Positions 12,594-25,600 are shown, counted from the first letter of the whole stretch. The stretch: DNA of 60,443 bases, filler included, from Rhizaria sp. SCN 62-66 (GCA_001724265.1; 2 parts of 2 records of this genome joined end to end with filler, not necessarily neighbours in it); one strand, 5' to 3'. The notes: generated by a model not told the origin, from the letters alone. A program made the numbers and translations.

Positions 12594-15404
12594 ATGTCCT
12601 TCACGACGGTGCAGCTGGCCGTGCCAGGCGACTACGCAGAGCTGTCCGCGCGAGCCCAATACCCCGACGTAGCGCGCCAGCTCAGGACTGCGGGTACAAC
12701 CATGCTCTACGTACCTTCCTCCGCGCTCTCCAGTGCACATGAGTCTATTTTCGAGGACGACATCTACAGTAGCAAGATCGGCGGCACGGCCATCTACCCC
12801 GCGCGCTTCGCAGACGTGCCGCGCCCGCAATGCGCGGCCTGCAACGCGCCGCTGCTGCTGCTCGCGCAGGTGTCCGCGCCCTTTGACGTCTTTACCGCGC
12901 TGCCCGCCGGCAACAAGCCCTCGCTCGCAGTGCTGCCTGCCGCCGCGGCCCGCGCTATGACCGCTGCCATGCAGTCGCAGTCTAGCTCGAGCTCCAGCTC
13001 GCTAACGCCTGCCGCGGTGGCCGCCGCGGGCGCACACAGGCTGACGCGCTGCCTCTACGTCTGGGGCTGCAACAGCGCCGCGTGCAGCGGCGTCGCGGGC
13101 TCCTGGTGTGCGCTCGTCGCGTCGTCGGGCGAATGCGACGGTGACGACCATGGCAGTGACGCCACGGAGCCCATCGCGGCGGCCGAGGTCGAGGCGCTCC
13201 GGGCGGAGGGCGTCGTCGCGGCCACGGCGGCGGACGTGGCGGCCGCGGCGGCGAGCTTTGCCTCTTGCGACAGCGACGTTTCATCCGACGACGATGACGA
13301 TGACGGGGACAACGGCCGTAAGAACAGCGACACTGCGGAGGCCAAGGCTGCCAAGGCGGCTGCAGCGACGGCGGCGGCGACCGCTGCTATTGCTGCCACG
13401 CTGCCCGAAATCACAAGCATCGCCGCCCTGACTGGCCATGGCAACAAGCCCTCGCACAGCAGCAACAACAACAGCAGCAACAGTAAGAGCAAGAGCTCTA
13501 GTGCCGCTGCAACTACTGCAGCGAAAGACATGTTTGCCGTCAACTGGTCTGACGATGACGATGAGGACGGCGCCAGCGGTGGTGCCGCTGTTGCTGCGAC
13601 GACCGCTGCGAAGCCTGCCGGTGGCCTTTTCGGCAGCTTTGGTGGAGCAGCCAACGTAAGCAACAGCAGCGCAAACAGCAGCGGTGGCGGTGGTGGGATG
13701 GCTTCGCTGGCGGCGCTGCTTGACGCGCGCGATGCCAAGGGGGACAAGAAGAGCAAGAAGGACAAGAAGGCGGCCGCCGCTGCTGCTGCACCTGCGACTG
13801 GCGGACTCAGTGGTGTCAATGATGGCGAGCAACTTGTCGCTGCGGCCGCTGCCGTCTACGCCCCCGTCGCGCAAAACACAACTGCAGCGCCGACGACGAA
13901 GACTGCTAAGACGGCGGTGAATGCGTTTGCTGTCGACATGAACTTTGGTGACAGCGACGACGGCGAAGACGCCTCAAACAAGAACGCCAAGCCCGCGCCC
14001 GCCGTGCCTGAGCCGGAGCCTGAGGCTGCTGCAAAGGCTGCGTCCAGCGATAGTCCCGAGGACGATAAGGAGGAAGAGGAGGAGGAGGAGGAGGACGAGG
14101 GCAATGTCACCGGCGTCGGCGCCACCGGCACCAGCACCAGCCCTGAGGCCGAGGCCGAGGCCGCCGCTATTGAGGCCGCCGCCGATGCCGCCGCGGAGGC
14201 TGCCGCGGCCGCCGGTGCACTACACCCGTCATCGAGCTCCCCCGAATCCAGCTCCAGCTCTGACGCCAGTGCAAACGTCACTGGCGCTGCTGTCGCCAAC
14301 GCCGGCGCTAAGAGTGGCGCTGGTGCTGACGCTGAGGCTGATGTCGCTGTCGCCGCCGCTGCCGCCTTCGCCGCCGCCTCAGCCTCCGCCGCCGCCGCCG
14401 CTGCCGCCGCCAGCGCCGCCGCCGCCGCCGCTGCGGGCGCGGGCGATACGGTCGTGCCGGTACTGCGGCCGTTTTTCCTCAACTGGCAGGACGAGCCCGC
14501 GCCCTCCGCGGCAGGCAAGCGGTTGAAGGCTGCCAAAAGCGGCGCCGGCGGCGCGAGCGCGGCCGACGCGCGCGCGAACGCGCTGCTGCAGCAGTTCCTC
14601 ACCCAGCACGGCCCTCTGCCCTCGGGCTCCAGCTCCGGCTCTGGCTCCGGCCCCAGCGTCAGCGCCAGCTCGAGCTCGAAGAAGAGCGCCAGTGCTGCTG
14701 CTGCTGCTGGTGGCGGCGAATGGGCCGGGGAGGCGTACGAGTCCTCCGCCGATAAGCCGCTGCGCCGCTTCATGGCGCGCACGCGGCTGTGCGCGACGCA
14801 GTGCATTCGGTACTGGCCGCTGCGGCCCGCGCAGGCGCTGTCGATGCACGCGCCGCTCCCGCCACCGCTCGCCTCGGCCAGCGGCAGCGGCGGCGGCGCC
14901 GTGGCGGCGCTGAGCGCGGGCGGACTGCTGTCCGCCGTGCTGGACGCGGTGCCCGCCGACCGGCGCTCGCGCGCTGCGAAGCTCGCCGCGGACGCGTACC
15001 GCGGGCTGGCCGGCGCGGCGGGCGCCGAGGAGAGCGACGAGGCGGCCGCCGCGGCTGCCAAGGGCAAGAAGGGCGCTGCTGCTGCTGCTGCCACCGGTCC
15101 TGGCGCTGGCGCTGCTGCGAAGAACAAGGGCAAGGGCAAGGGCGACTCTGCTGGCACTACCGCCGGAAGCGCTGCTGCTGCCGCGACGAGTGTGGCCGAG
15201 GCGGTGGCGGTGCCGTGCTGCGCGCACTGCGGCGGCGCGCTGCGGCTTGAGGCGCAGCTGATGCCTAACACACTCAACGAGCTCGCGCTGCCGCTGGGCG
15301 CGATGGAGTGGGGCGTGGTCGACGTCTACGCGTGCGCCGCCGTCTGCCGCAGGGGGGCCAAGCAGCTCGCGCTCGGCTTCTGCGTTGTGCACCCGGCTGT
15401 GTGA
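12594..15404 (+). CDS. PDCD2L: PDCD2-like/Tsr4 family protein (uS5 chaperone family), 936 aa, inflated by low-complexity insertions
   Basis: N-terminal SKIGG...PQCAACNAPLLLLAQVSAP...RCLYVWGCNSAAC and C-terminal PDCD2_C motifs (GEAYE...FMARTRLCATQCIRY; VPCCAHCGGALRLEAQLMPNTL...MEWGVVDVYAC). No MYND finger seen. Stop TGA. Confidence 0.85.
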   Translation: MSFTTVQLAVPGDYAELSARAQYPDVARQLRTAGTTMLYVPSSALSSAHESIFEDDIYSSKIGGTAIYPARFADVPRPQCAACNAPLLLLAQVSAPFDVFTALPAGNKPSLAVLPAAAARAMTAAMQSQSSSSSSSLTPAAVAAAGAHRLTRCLYVWGCNSAACSGVAGSWCALVASSGECDGDDHGSDATEPIAAAEVEALRAEGVVAATAADVAAAAASFASCDSDVSSDDDDDDGDNGRKNSDTAEAKAAKAAAATAAATAAIAATLPEITSIAALTGHGNKPSHSSNNNSSNSKSKSSSAAATTAAKDMFAVNWSDDDDEDGASGGAAVAATTAAKPAGGLFGSFGGAANVSNSSANSSGGGGGMASLAALLDARDAKGDKKSKKDKKAAAAAAAPATGGLSGVNDGEQLVAAAAAVYAPVAQNTTAAPTTKTAKTAVNAFAVDMNFGDSDDGEDASNKNAKPAPAVPEPEPEAAAKAASSDSPEDDKEEEEEEEEDEGNVTGVGATGTSTSPEAEAEAAAIEAAADAAAEAAAAAGALHPSSSSPESSSSSDASANVTGAAVANAGAKSGAGADAEADVAVAAAAAFAAASASAAAAAAAASAAAAAAAGAGDTVVPVLRPFFLNWQDEPAPSAAGKRLKAAKSGAGGASAADARANALLQQFLTQHGPLPSGSSSGSGSGPSVSASSSSKKSASAAAAAGGGEWAGEAYESSADKPLRRFMARTRLCATQCIRYWPLRPAQALSMHAPLPPPLASASGSGGGAVAALSAGGLLSAVLDAVPADRRSRAAKLAADAYRGLAGAAGAEESDEAAAAAAKGKKGAAAAAATGPGAGAAAKNKGKGKGDSAGTTAGSAAAAATSVAEAVAVPCCAHCGGALRLEAQLMPNTLNELALPLGAMEWGVVDVYACAAVCRRGAKQLALGFCVVHPAV

Positions 15405-18400
15405 GGGAAAACAACTAGGAATCACCCTTTCATATTTCATGTAGAACGTACAGTATCTTGATAAACATTTGGCCAACAATACAACTTCTGTTCAGCTGGT
15501 ATGCAAGGCAAGTGTGGGTGCGGGTGTTATAAATGAAACGCATCGTGCGTGATTTGTGTCCATATGGAAGTAATTAAACTGTATTGTCTGCGTTGATGTA
15601 CGAATAACTTGGACACGCATCGCAGCCAAAGCCAAGGTGTGCGGAAAAATTAGAGACAGAGCAAACCGATTGCACAATGAGGAGAGAACAGAGCAAATGT
15701 GAAACCAAAGTACAAACAAGCACTTGTGATAACCAACACTCATCAGCAGGCAATGCCGTCAACGGCGGAGCAAAGCAAACGCATGCACTCCGTGAACAGA
15801 ATTACCGCTACTGTTGAGATTGTTTACTTGATAATCGTGACAGTTGTTTGTGATGCTATAATTATAAGAATGACAGACAAACGAAGCCGATGGTGAAAAT
15901 GAGAAAACAGCTGTGGTATAACCACGGCACGTCGTGCTGCTGTGTAAAAATACAATTTGTTAGAACACAAAACAAAATTGCGATAACCAACAAAGAAACA
16001 AAATGATACAGAAAACAAAATAATCGACACTGAAACACTGTGTGTAAGAAAACTAAGACGAAGTGAAAATGAAACTGTGAGCACGTAGTTATGAGTAAGA
16101 AGGGCCACAAAGAAAAAGACAAGAGAACAAACGGAGGGGATGCCAAACACGTGACAGCTTGAGTGTTCGTGCTGATTGAGCAAGCAAAGGAGCGTGGAAG
16201 GAAGGGGTGACTAAAAAAGGAGAACGAAGAGTAAGAGAATGGGGGGAATGTGTAGCTGTAACAGTCGCAGACCTAACTCGTGGTCGTTGTCACGACAACT
16301 CAACAGGTGTGTTGTTTTCTGTTACTGTGACTGTTACGTTGTTATTAGTCCAAGAAGAAGTGTGAAGGGAGTAAAAATGATTAATACCATATGAAACGAC
16401 CTGACAGAAGAAATAAAATAGAAGTGAACAAAACGGAATCTACTTGCGAAACAAATTAAGACTTAATAATACAACAGTAATAATGAAACCAGTAATACAA
16501 CAAATGCGCAAGAATGAACGTGACGCAAAACTGAGAAAAAGAAAAAGGATTGTGATGTGTGACGAAGAGAGATGATTGACGAAAACAAAATGGTGAGAAC
16601 TGCGCGTGTAACGCGGCGCGAGGCCACAAGCGAAACCACACATAATGCGAACAAGACTGACTGGCAACAGCGGTCGGAGATCGAGACAGAGTTGCGAAGG
16701 AAAAAAAAAATATAAGAAGAGCGGAACGAAACAGCAATTCGTATGGTCGTATGTCGCAATGTGATAACGGCGGTGGTGATGAAAGGATTTGATTGCTGTG
16801 AATCGAACGAGAAGTGTTATCGAAGTAGAAGCAACTGGGACTTTGAATGACAGGGACACTGATGGACGAGAACTGATTTTGTTATATTACAGCTGCCGTG
16901 AGTGCCTGAGTGCATGTGAACACATGAGCGGACGTAAGAGGTGATAAAAGCGCCTGGACTGCAACAGAGCGGGCGACACCAACCCGAACAGCAACACAGA
17001 TTCGACATAGGCACGGACACGCACGCAAAGAGCGGCGAGAGAACGCACAGTGAGAAGCCGGAAGAGAGGAGTGCTTAAACGCAGCGGTGGCTGTTTTGAA
17101 AGATAAAACGTGTGTGTGTTCTTTTTGGTTATGAGAGAAGAGTTTCCTCCATTAAGACAGAATGAGGTTGTTGCTCAAGCCGAGGCGACTATTGGCCGAA
17201 TAAGTGAACTGAAACTAGGTTAAACTTTGTTTGTGATTTTAATGTTTTGATTGATTGGTGATATTTTTGTGGTGTCAGCCTAAGGCAAAAATGCAAAAGA
17301 GAAGCAGGCAGTAAGTAGTTATTAACGTGTGTAAATACATTTCTGTGTCAACAGCAACGCATGGGCGGCAACAAAACACTCAACATGTGACAAATACAAT
17401 CTGCAATAACAGCAAAACAAAAGCAGCAGCGCCAGTTTGATAGCTGATGTTGTAGTTAGAGTAATGTGTAGCAGCGAACGTGAATGAGCGTAGCATGGGA
17501 GCTTCAATTGCGCTTCTTGTTTTTAAACGAAAACAGAGAGATTAAGAGCTGTAAAAAAGGGGAGGTAGTGTGAAGAAAACGAGCGATCTCGGAAGTTCGC
17601 ATGCTGAGCAGTGTAATCCGGTGGTAGTGGTAAAAGAAGGCGACTGAGAAGGACTGTGTGTGCCTGTGAGGCTGAGACTGTGCGTGATCGGAGTCACGCT
17701 GCAAGTGTGTTTAAAGGTCTTAGAACGCGTATGTGAAGTTATGTGTGTACACTTGACAGCAACACAGCGCCACAAACACTAGAACGCGGCACCAACAAAC
17801 GCAGCAGACGCGGCAGCAGTAGAAGCAGCAGCTCTGTTGAAACACAGAGAGTGCACAGGTCACTCAGATTAATCATGTCACTTGCTTCACCAGACAGCAA
17901 CAAGCTAGTGTAACAACAAACATACAAAATGTCGTGTGAAGTCACAAACAACAACAAAAAAGAATGACAGTGTGCAACGCTAGGACACAACAACCACATC
18001 TTTTCTCTTGAACTGAGTGGGAACACTATACAGTGAGTCGATATACAGTGAGTCGATATTGACGATACATGTGTTATGATGATAACGATGATGAATGTGC
18101 AGAAGAAACAAACGATGGAATAAAGCTAATAACAAATACATGATCAAAAAGAAAATTCATAATTACAACAAATAAATTTACAAGTACGAAGCGAAGTGAC
18201 AAGTCAAATCAAAGTCAAACAACCAAGCCAACATCAGATTGAGGGGTGAATGTGGAGAGGTGTAACGTAATGTAGTTTTAGTATCGTGTAGGACTAACTG
18301 CTCCACTATCGTCTAGTTGAGTTAGGATAAAGAAGGGAACACGTGTCAACTGTCTAACAAATTAGACTTAGCACATGAACAAGGCGCAAAAGACACGACG

Positions 18401-18583
18401 CAAAGTCTCGACGCGAGCGTGACCAATCACGTAATCGCAGAGGGAGAGCTACGACCGCAATGGTTTTGCAGAAGCCGCAAAAGCAACAGACAACAACATC
18501 GTTATATCATACGAGTTATATCATACGCATTTAGCTCTGAGTGATCAGTGTGCAAAGAGACGTGTCGCGCGCGTGTGTCGCCC

Positions 18584-19698
18584 TTAGTCGTGCGCGGCGA
18601 TGCCGCCCGCAGCGCCCGCAGTGTGCGCAGTGGCCGCGGCGGCCACACCCACGGGGTACGAGGCGAGCTTGTTGTTGCAGCCGTTGCTGCTGGCGTTGTT
18701 GCCGTTGTTGTTGAGTCCGCCAAGCACTGACAGCTTCGCGGGCGACCCCGCGCAGCCGTTGCCCGCCGCAGCAGCGGCGCCGGCGGCAACGCTGGCGTTG
18801 GAGCTGGTGCCGGTGTGCGCGAGCGAGTAGGATGAGGTGAGCGGGGAGCCCGTGGCCGAGGCCGAGCACGACGTGCTGCAGGGGCCGGCCACGGTCGAGG
18901 CCGCGAGCGAGTCGGAGCGCGACGCGGCGACCTCGAGCGACAGCCCGCTGCCCCCGTGGCCGACGCCGGGGCCCGCGCCCGAGGCGGCGGAGAGGGAGCC
19001 CGAGCGCGTGCCCAGCGGCGGCAGCGCGCTCGCCGTGGCGGGGGCGCTGTCGGTGGCGCGGACGGGGAAGCCGTTGCCGTTGCCATTGCAGTTGTTGCTG
19101 ACGCTGTTGGACGGCGAAGGCGCTGTCGCGTGCATGGCCGGGCTGGAGCCGGAGCCGCGCGCGCGCGCGCCGTTGTCGAACAGCGCGGTCCCGTTGCCGG
19201 CGCCGCCGGTGATGACGCTGCTGCTGTTAGCGGTGAAGCCGAGCCCACCGAGCCCGAGGCCGAAGCCGGCGCCGACGCCGTCCGCGCCCGCCGAGAGCGC
19301 GAGCGTGCGGGGCGACACGGGGTGGCCGTGGCCGCCGTGGGGGCCGGCGGAGAGGTGCGCGGTGGAGGCGGCCGAGTTGGCCGAAAGCAGGTGGTAGTGG
19401 CTGGTGTCATGGACCGAGGTCGAGGCGGGGGAAGGCACGACTGAGACCGAGTGACCGTGGGCGGCGGCCAGGTCCAGCGCGGCCGCGGAGAAGCCCAGCG
19501 GGGGCAGCGCCTGCTGGTGCTGCTGCTGGTGCTGCTGCTGGTAGAGAGCGCTGCCGAACGAGTGCGAGTGCGTCATGCCGCTCCCGCTCCCGTTGCCGTT
19601 GCTGTTGTTGCTGTTGTTGCTGTTGTTGTTGTTGTTGCTGTTGTTATTGAGACTGTAACTTGCCTACGAGAGCGCAATGGTGTGCTGCTGGCCGGCCA

Positions 19699-19743
<45 letters not shown>

Positions 19744-19946
19744 AGTAGTTGGCTGCAACCACGGTCCCAGAGGCAGGGCCGGCGCTGCCGTTATTGCCAT
19801 TACCGTTGTTGTTGCTGGCGATGTGGCTGTGGCTGCTGATGGAGCTCAGTGCGGCCGCCAGCGCGGGGCTGTCGCCGATGCTGCTGCCGACGCCGCTGCC
19901 GCGGCTGCTGAGCCCGGCAGACTGGCCCTGCTGCTGTTGTTGCTGT

Positions 19947-19978
<32 letters not shown>

Positions 19979-20215
19979 TTGGATTTGCTGCTGCAGCATG
20001 ATCTGCTGCATCTGCTGCTGCATCTGCGCCTGCTGCTGCTGTTGCTGCTGCTGCGCGTGCTGCTGCAGCTGGAGCTGCACGTGCGCGTGCACGAAGGCCT
20101 GCACCGACACGGGATCTACCAGCCCGGCCGCGGCCGCGGCCGCGGCGGCCACGGCAGCCGCCTGCGACAGCGGCAGCTGCCCCTGCTGCTGCTGCTGCTG
20201 CTGCTGCGCTTGGTG

Positions 20216-20249
<34 letters not shown>

Positions 20250-21138
20250 ATGTGCGCCATACCGCCCGCGCTGCCGGCGCCGGCGCCGTTGGCGGCGTTC
20301 ATGAGCGAGAGCGCCTGCAGCGCGGCGGTGATGCTGTCGTCGGAGCTGCCCGCGCCAGCGCCCGAAAAGGACGGCCGCAGCAGGCCTTGCATCTGCATGC
20401 CCGCCGGCGCGCCGCCCGCGCTGCCCGCGCCGACGCCCGCGCTGCCCGCGCCCGCGCTCGCGCCCGCGCTCGCGGCGCCGGGCCCGTTGATGGCTGCGGG
20501 CAGCTTGGGGTTGAACGAGTTGAACACGGGTCCGCCGCCGGGCGCCGTGACGTTGATGGCCTTGAGCTTGCCGGTGCGCGGGTCGGGCACGATCTCGTAG
20601 CACACCAACTCCTCGGCCTCCAGCGTGCGGTAGCCCAGCGACTTGATCTCGGACTGGTGCACGAACACGTCGCCCAGGTTGCGGTCGGAGATGAAGCCGT
20701 AGCCCTTGTCAGCGTCGAACCACTTGCACAGGCCCTGGATGCGGCCCTTTGGCACGCCGCCGCTGCCGCCGCCGCTGCCGCCTGAGCCGGAGCCGCTGCT
20801 GCCAAGGCCGGCGCCGCCGTGCATGGCGTGGGTGGCGCCCGCGGAAAGCATGAGGCCGTGGCCGTGACCGTGGGTGCCGGGGAACTGACCGTGGGCAGCG
20901 GCCGCGCCGTTGCCGTTGCCGCTGGGGCCATGTGCGGACGCGGCGGCGGCAGCGGCGGCGGCAGCGGCGGCGAGGTCCAGGCCGTAGAGGGCGTAGAAGT
21001 CATTGAAGCCAGCAGCATTGTTGTTGTTGCTGCTACCAATATTGCCGTTGCCGTTGGTGCTTGAGCCAGAGCCAGGGTGCGCACCGTTGTTGCCGTTCAT
21101 GGGACTGGGGAGCATCATGCCGCCGGAACCACTGAGTC

Positions 21139-21185
<47 letters not shown>

Positions 21186-21350
21186 AGGAGACCGCGGTTA
21201 GCGTGACTGTTGTTATGATTGCTGTTAATGTTGGCAGTGGACGTGGGGGCAAAACCAGTGACGCTGCTGCTGTTACTGCTGCCGTTGCTGCTGGCGTTGC
21301 TGCCCTTGGGTCGCACGGGCCCCGGGCCGGCGTTGCCATTACCGCCGCCA

Positions 21351-21381
<31 letters not shown>

Positions 21382-21886
21382 GACGACGGTTACCATTGTT
21401 AGCAGCAGCAGCGGCAGCGTTGTTGTTGTTGATCGAGGCAAACTGGCCCTGTCCGTGACCGGAGGCAGTGAAGGGAGCCTGGGAAAAGCCGGACATGTTG
21501 AGCGCGAAGTTGTTGGAGCCCGCGGCAGAGGCGGCGACAGCGGAGGACTGCTGCTGGTGCTGTTGCTGCGGGTGGGGGAAAAAGGAGGTGCCTGTGGTGG
21601 AGGCGAAAGATGACGGGGGCAGCGCGAAACCACCATAGAGGGTGGAGGATGAGCCCTGGAATGGCTGCGCCGCGTGGTCCGGGGCAAACGGGAACGCAGG
21701 ACCCGATGCTGAGGGTGGGAACGGGGCCTGGATGCCTGTGGTGTTTGGGTGAGAGGGCGCGGTGGGCTGGTAGGGCAGAGTGAAGTCTGAGACGTGCGCG
21801 GGGGGAAAAGTGAAAGACGTGGGGTAAAAAGCGTCGGTGGAAGAGTCAGCACTCTCAGAGGCCCGGTGAGAATCACTCGGGATCAT
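18584..21886 (-). CDS. Cold-shock-domain (Y-box/Lin28-type CSD) nucleic-acid-binding protein with long polyQ and N/G/S-rich regions, 1,100 aa if TAG 19664-19666 is sense
   Basis: CSD: GLCKWFDADKGYGFISDRNLGDVFVHQSEIKSLGYRTLEAEELVCYEIV...GKLKAINVTAPGG. ORFs 21886-19664 and 19576-18584 are in the same frame with only one TAG between them and the same codon style. Final stop TAA. Confidence 0.85.
19702..20248 (-). repeat. Clustered CAG/CAA polyglutamine-coding microsatellites in the CSD gene (another tract near 21141-21187)
   Basis: Runs of ctg/ttg on the plus strand, several of 10 or more units. Confidence 0.9.
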
Positions 21887-22689
21887 GTTGAGGCGCGCTA
21901 CGAAGGCAGAAGAGTGGCAAGTATGGGGAGAACGAAAAAATGATGAAGTGGGTAAGGAAATCTTATCTTTCGGGAGGTTCGGCGAGAGAGAATATATGGA
22001 TAGATCGGGCGAAAAACGTGGAATAATTCAGAAGAACGCGTTAATAATTGCATGAAACTGTTTACATTCGCAACACATTTAGCAAAACTAGATAAAAAGC
22101 GCGCAAACGAAAAATCACAAACCAACCGAGCCACGGTGATCATCACTGTAACTTCCATCGCAGTTATCCGAGTGTAGGTAGATAATCTCAGGGTTTGAAA
22201 AACAATTCCGCTCTTTTCTTGAGTAATCAACCTATAACCAACTCAGTATCGCCGCGACAAGCACACGATAAAGCACCAGAGCGTCTTAGACAAAATTCTG
22301 CTCAACCGAGAAGCCCGTCCAACCGAACTGTCGGCAGGCAGGCGGTGCCGAGCTGGAAGCACAGCCAGACCCTGGAGATTTTTCGGAACGAGCCTCGAAC
22401 GATTTGCTGTGGCGGTTAGTTTACTTGTATCAAGGATATATCTTTCAATTTATCGTCAATCAAGGTTTTATCTGGTGCATGGAAGGTTTGTGAGAGTAAA
22501 TGTTTATTTTTATATTTTTAACGCTTGCACTCTTAGTCTTCCTCTAGAACAGCTCACATTGACTCACCCTGACTTCATCTGTACACGCTTGTTCCTTTCC
22601 TACTGCCTGCAACAGCCTCTCAGTCAACCACCCTTCCTTAGAGTGAACACTGCCGTACAGCTGTGGTTTGGTGCTTTTGGTGAGCCACG

Positions 22690-25600
22690 ATGAATGCAGA
22701 AATCGTACGTGCTCTGTCTATAGTGGCTCCCCTGCTTTGTCCTCCCAGTACGAAATCGAGTATCTCAGGACCCTCTTACCGATTCCTGCTTTGATATGCA
22801 AACATCTCACAAACCACTCTCGCGTTTTCTCCCCTGCTGCTCTTGTTCTGGCGGCACTGCTACAGGCGTCGCTATTCTCGCAGCTGCGCGCGTCGCAGCT
22901 CTCGGCCCCGGCGCCGCGGCTGTCGGACCGCGCCTGCCTCTCGGTCCTGCGCCTGCTTGCCGCCGCCCCCGCCGGCTCCCCGTGCCACGTCGCGCTCGTC
23001 CCCACGCTCTCAGGCCGCGCGTTGCTCACGCCGGAACGCCTCGACGCGGACCTGGCCGCCGCGCTCACTGCGTACGGCGGCCGCCTCGAGGTCGCCGCCC
23101 TGCCCGACCTGCTCGACGTCGACGCAGTGCACCTCACCTTGCCCATCTCGCGCCTCTGCGCCGCTTCAAAGCAGCAACAACAGCAAGCGAGCACCAACGC
23201 CAACACGGCGACCGCGGCCGTGGGTACGGCGGCATGTGCCGTGCTCGTCGCGGGCGGCTCACTACTCTTGTCCCGCGCGTACGGAGCCGCCCTGGTCGCC
23301 GAGCTGTGCGACGCGCTCGCCACGTACGCCACGGTGCCACTGCAGGCCTTCGCCGACCGGCGCAAGCTGCCCCTCGCCTACATCACCGCTCTTGTCACTG
23401 AGCAACTTGCCATGGACGCCACTGCAACATCGGCGACTGCTGAGACCTCGGCTGCGACTATAGGTTTCCCTCCGGGCACGGCTCTCGTGTGCGGTGTGCT
23501 CCAGACGCCTGCGCACGCGGCGCTCGAGCGCGCGCGGCTGCGTGGCGCTCTGCGGGCGCTCACGGTCCCGACTCCGCTGGCCACCGTCGCCGCGGCGACT
23601 GAGACCGAGGCTGTGGCCGCCTCAGTGACCGCGACTGCCTCAGCAACGGCGACTGCGGCTGTGACAGAAGCGCTGAGTCAGAGTCTGAATGCAGCTGTGG
23701 CCAACAATGAAAATGTGGCAGTGCCTGAGAGCGTCACAATTGCGTCTCTTGTGAACAGCATAAACTCTACAAGTGTAAGTAGCCCCTCGAATGTAAGTGC
23801 GGCCGCGAACGGCCCCTTAGTGGCTACGCCGGCAGTGTTCGTCGCAGCGCAACGCGCCGCCCTTGCAGCGGCGATGGCAGGCTCAGCGCTCACAACTGCC
23901 GTCAAGACACCAGCGGCCGTTAGGGCCAGGGGCCACACAAACAACAGCGGCAGCAACACTGTCGGCGGGGTGGGCGCTGGCGCTGTGGCGTACGAGACTG
24001 CGGCGGCCCGCTTCGGCCTGCCAGCCGCGCCCGACGCCGCCGCCGCCGCGCTGCTGACGCTGTTTCCGGGCGGTGTGGCCGGCAAGAGCGACTTTTTCAG
24101 TCCTGCACTCGTCGAGCTCCTGACTGCCGCCGTGTCAGAGCTGACTGTGTCCAAGGAAGATACGCCCGGTGTGCCCTTGGGTGGGGGCAACTGGGTTGAT
24201 CTGGTGCCGCTGCTGCCGCCTGCCACCGTTTCCAATGCTGTCGCAGCTGCTGAAAGCGGCGACAGCGACGACGTCGATGCCGTCCTGTTAGCCAAGACGG
24301 CCGCCGCTGCCGTCGCGGCGACGAAGGGGATCGCTAGAGAAGAGCTGATCGTGTTGGCGCCGGCGTTTGTTGTCACACAAGCAGCAATCGCGGCGGCGAC
24401 AGCTGCAGTCATTTGTGGCAACAAGAGTGAACGTGCTGTAAGTGGCAATAGCGCCTTGCTGAACAAACTCGCTACACTTCTTGTGAGTCCCACAGCTGTT
24501 AGGAATGCGAGTGGAAAGAACAAGAGCTCTCCAGCAACTAATGCTGCTGTGCAGTCTAAGAGTGCTGCCTCAGCTAAGCCAAAGTCCTCTGAACGCGCGT
24601 TCTCGTCCAAGAGCGGCGCTGTGGACGCGGGCGCGCTGGCCGCGGCCGCCGCCCACCTCAGCGCACACCTCCTGTCCGTGCCGTTGCTATCCGCCTCGCT
24701 GGCCTCGGTGGACGGGGAGCCCCTCTCGCAGCCAGTCGCGCTGGCGCTGGCCCGCCGCCTGCTCACGGTCACTCTGCCGGCCTCGCTCGCGCCGTTGCTG
24801 CCCGCCGCGGCCGCCGCTGTCGCCGCCGAAGCCGCAGCCGCAGCTGCCGCAACCGCCGCCGCCGCTGCCGCTGGGAGTGCCGGCGGCAGTGGGAGTGCGG
24901 CCGAGGCGCAACTGCAGGCGCGTGTGGGCGCACTGCACGTGGCCGTGCAGGAGACTCTCGAGGCGCTCACGGTCACTGCGCGCGGCGTCGAGGCTCTGAC
25001 AGCGGCTAAGGGCCCGCACGACGGCGACGGCGATGCCGATGCCGACGCCCGTGATACAGAGAATGACAAAGAGAGTGATAAAGATGACGAAAAGAGTGAT
25101 GCGAGCGACGCGTCGCTGCTGCGCAGCGTGCTGGGACGGCACCTGGCCGCGACCACCGGCGCGCTCGCGCTCTCGCTCCTCGCCCGCACGCGCGCCGCCG
25201 TCCTGGGCCTCGTCCTGCCCTCCGACCCCGCGGGCAACAACAGCAACAGCAGCAACAGCAGCAGCAACGCCAGTGCGAGTGCGAATACGAACACAAAGAC
25301 TCTGATGACCGTGTTGCCTCGTGCAGACGTGAACCACGTGCTTGCCGATCAGAAGAGCGCCGCTGCAGAGCTCGCCGCCCTGGCCTCCACGGTCTACGCC
25401 GCCTCCGATACCGCGAACAGCAGCAACAGCAGCAGCAGCAGCACATCGACCGCTGCCGTCCTTGTGGCGAAGGCGGTGGCGGCCGCGGCGGCAGAGGGCG
25501 TGTCTCAGCGGCCGGCCACCGCGGCGCGGGCGGCTGCGATGGTTGCGCGCGTGCGCAAGGGGGCACTGGCGGCCCTCAACGCCTCTCTAGCCAACGTCAA

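Noticed and set aside
21898-22230. Upstream TAG-ending ORF as an extension of the CSD gene
   Set aside because: It is in a different frame from ATG 21886, hits TGA five codons later, and has AT-rich non-coding composition.
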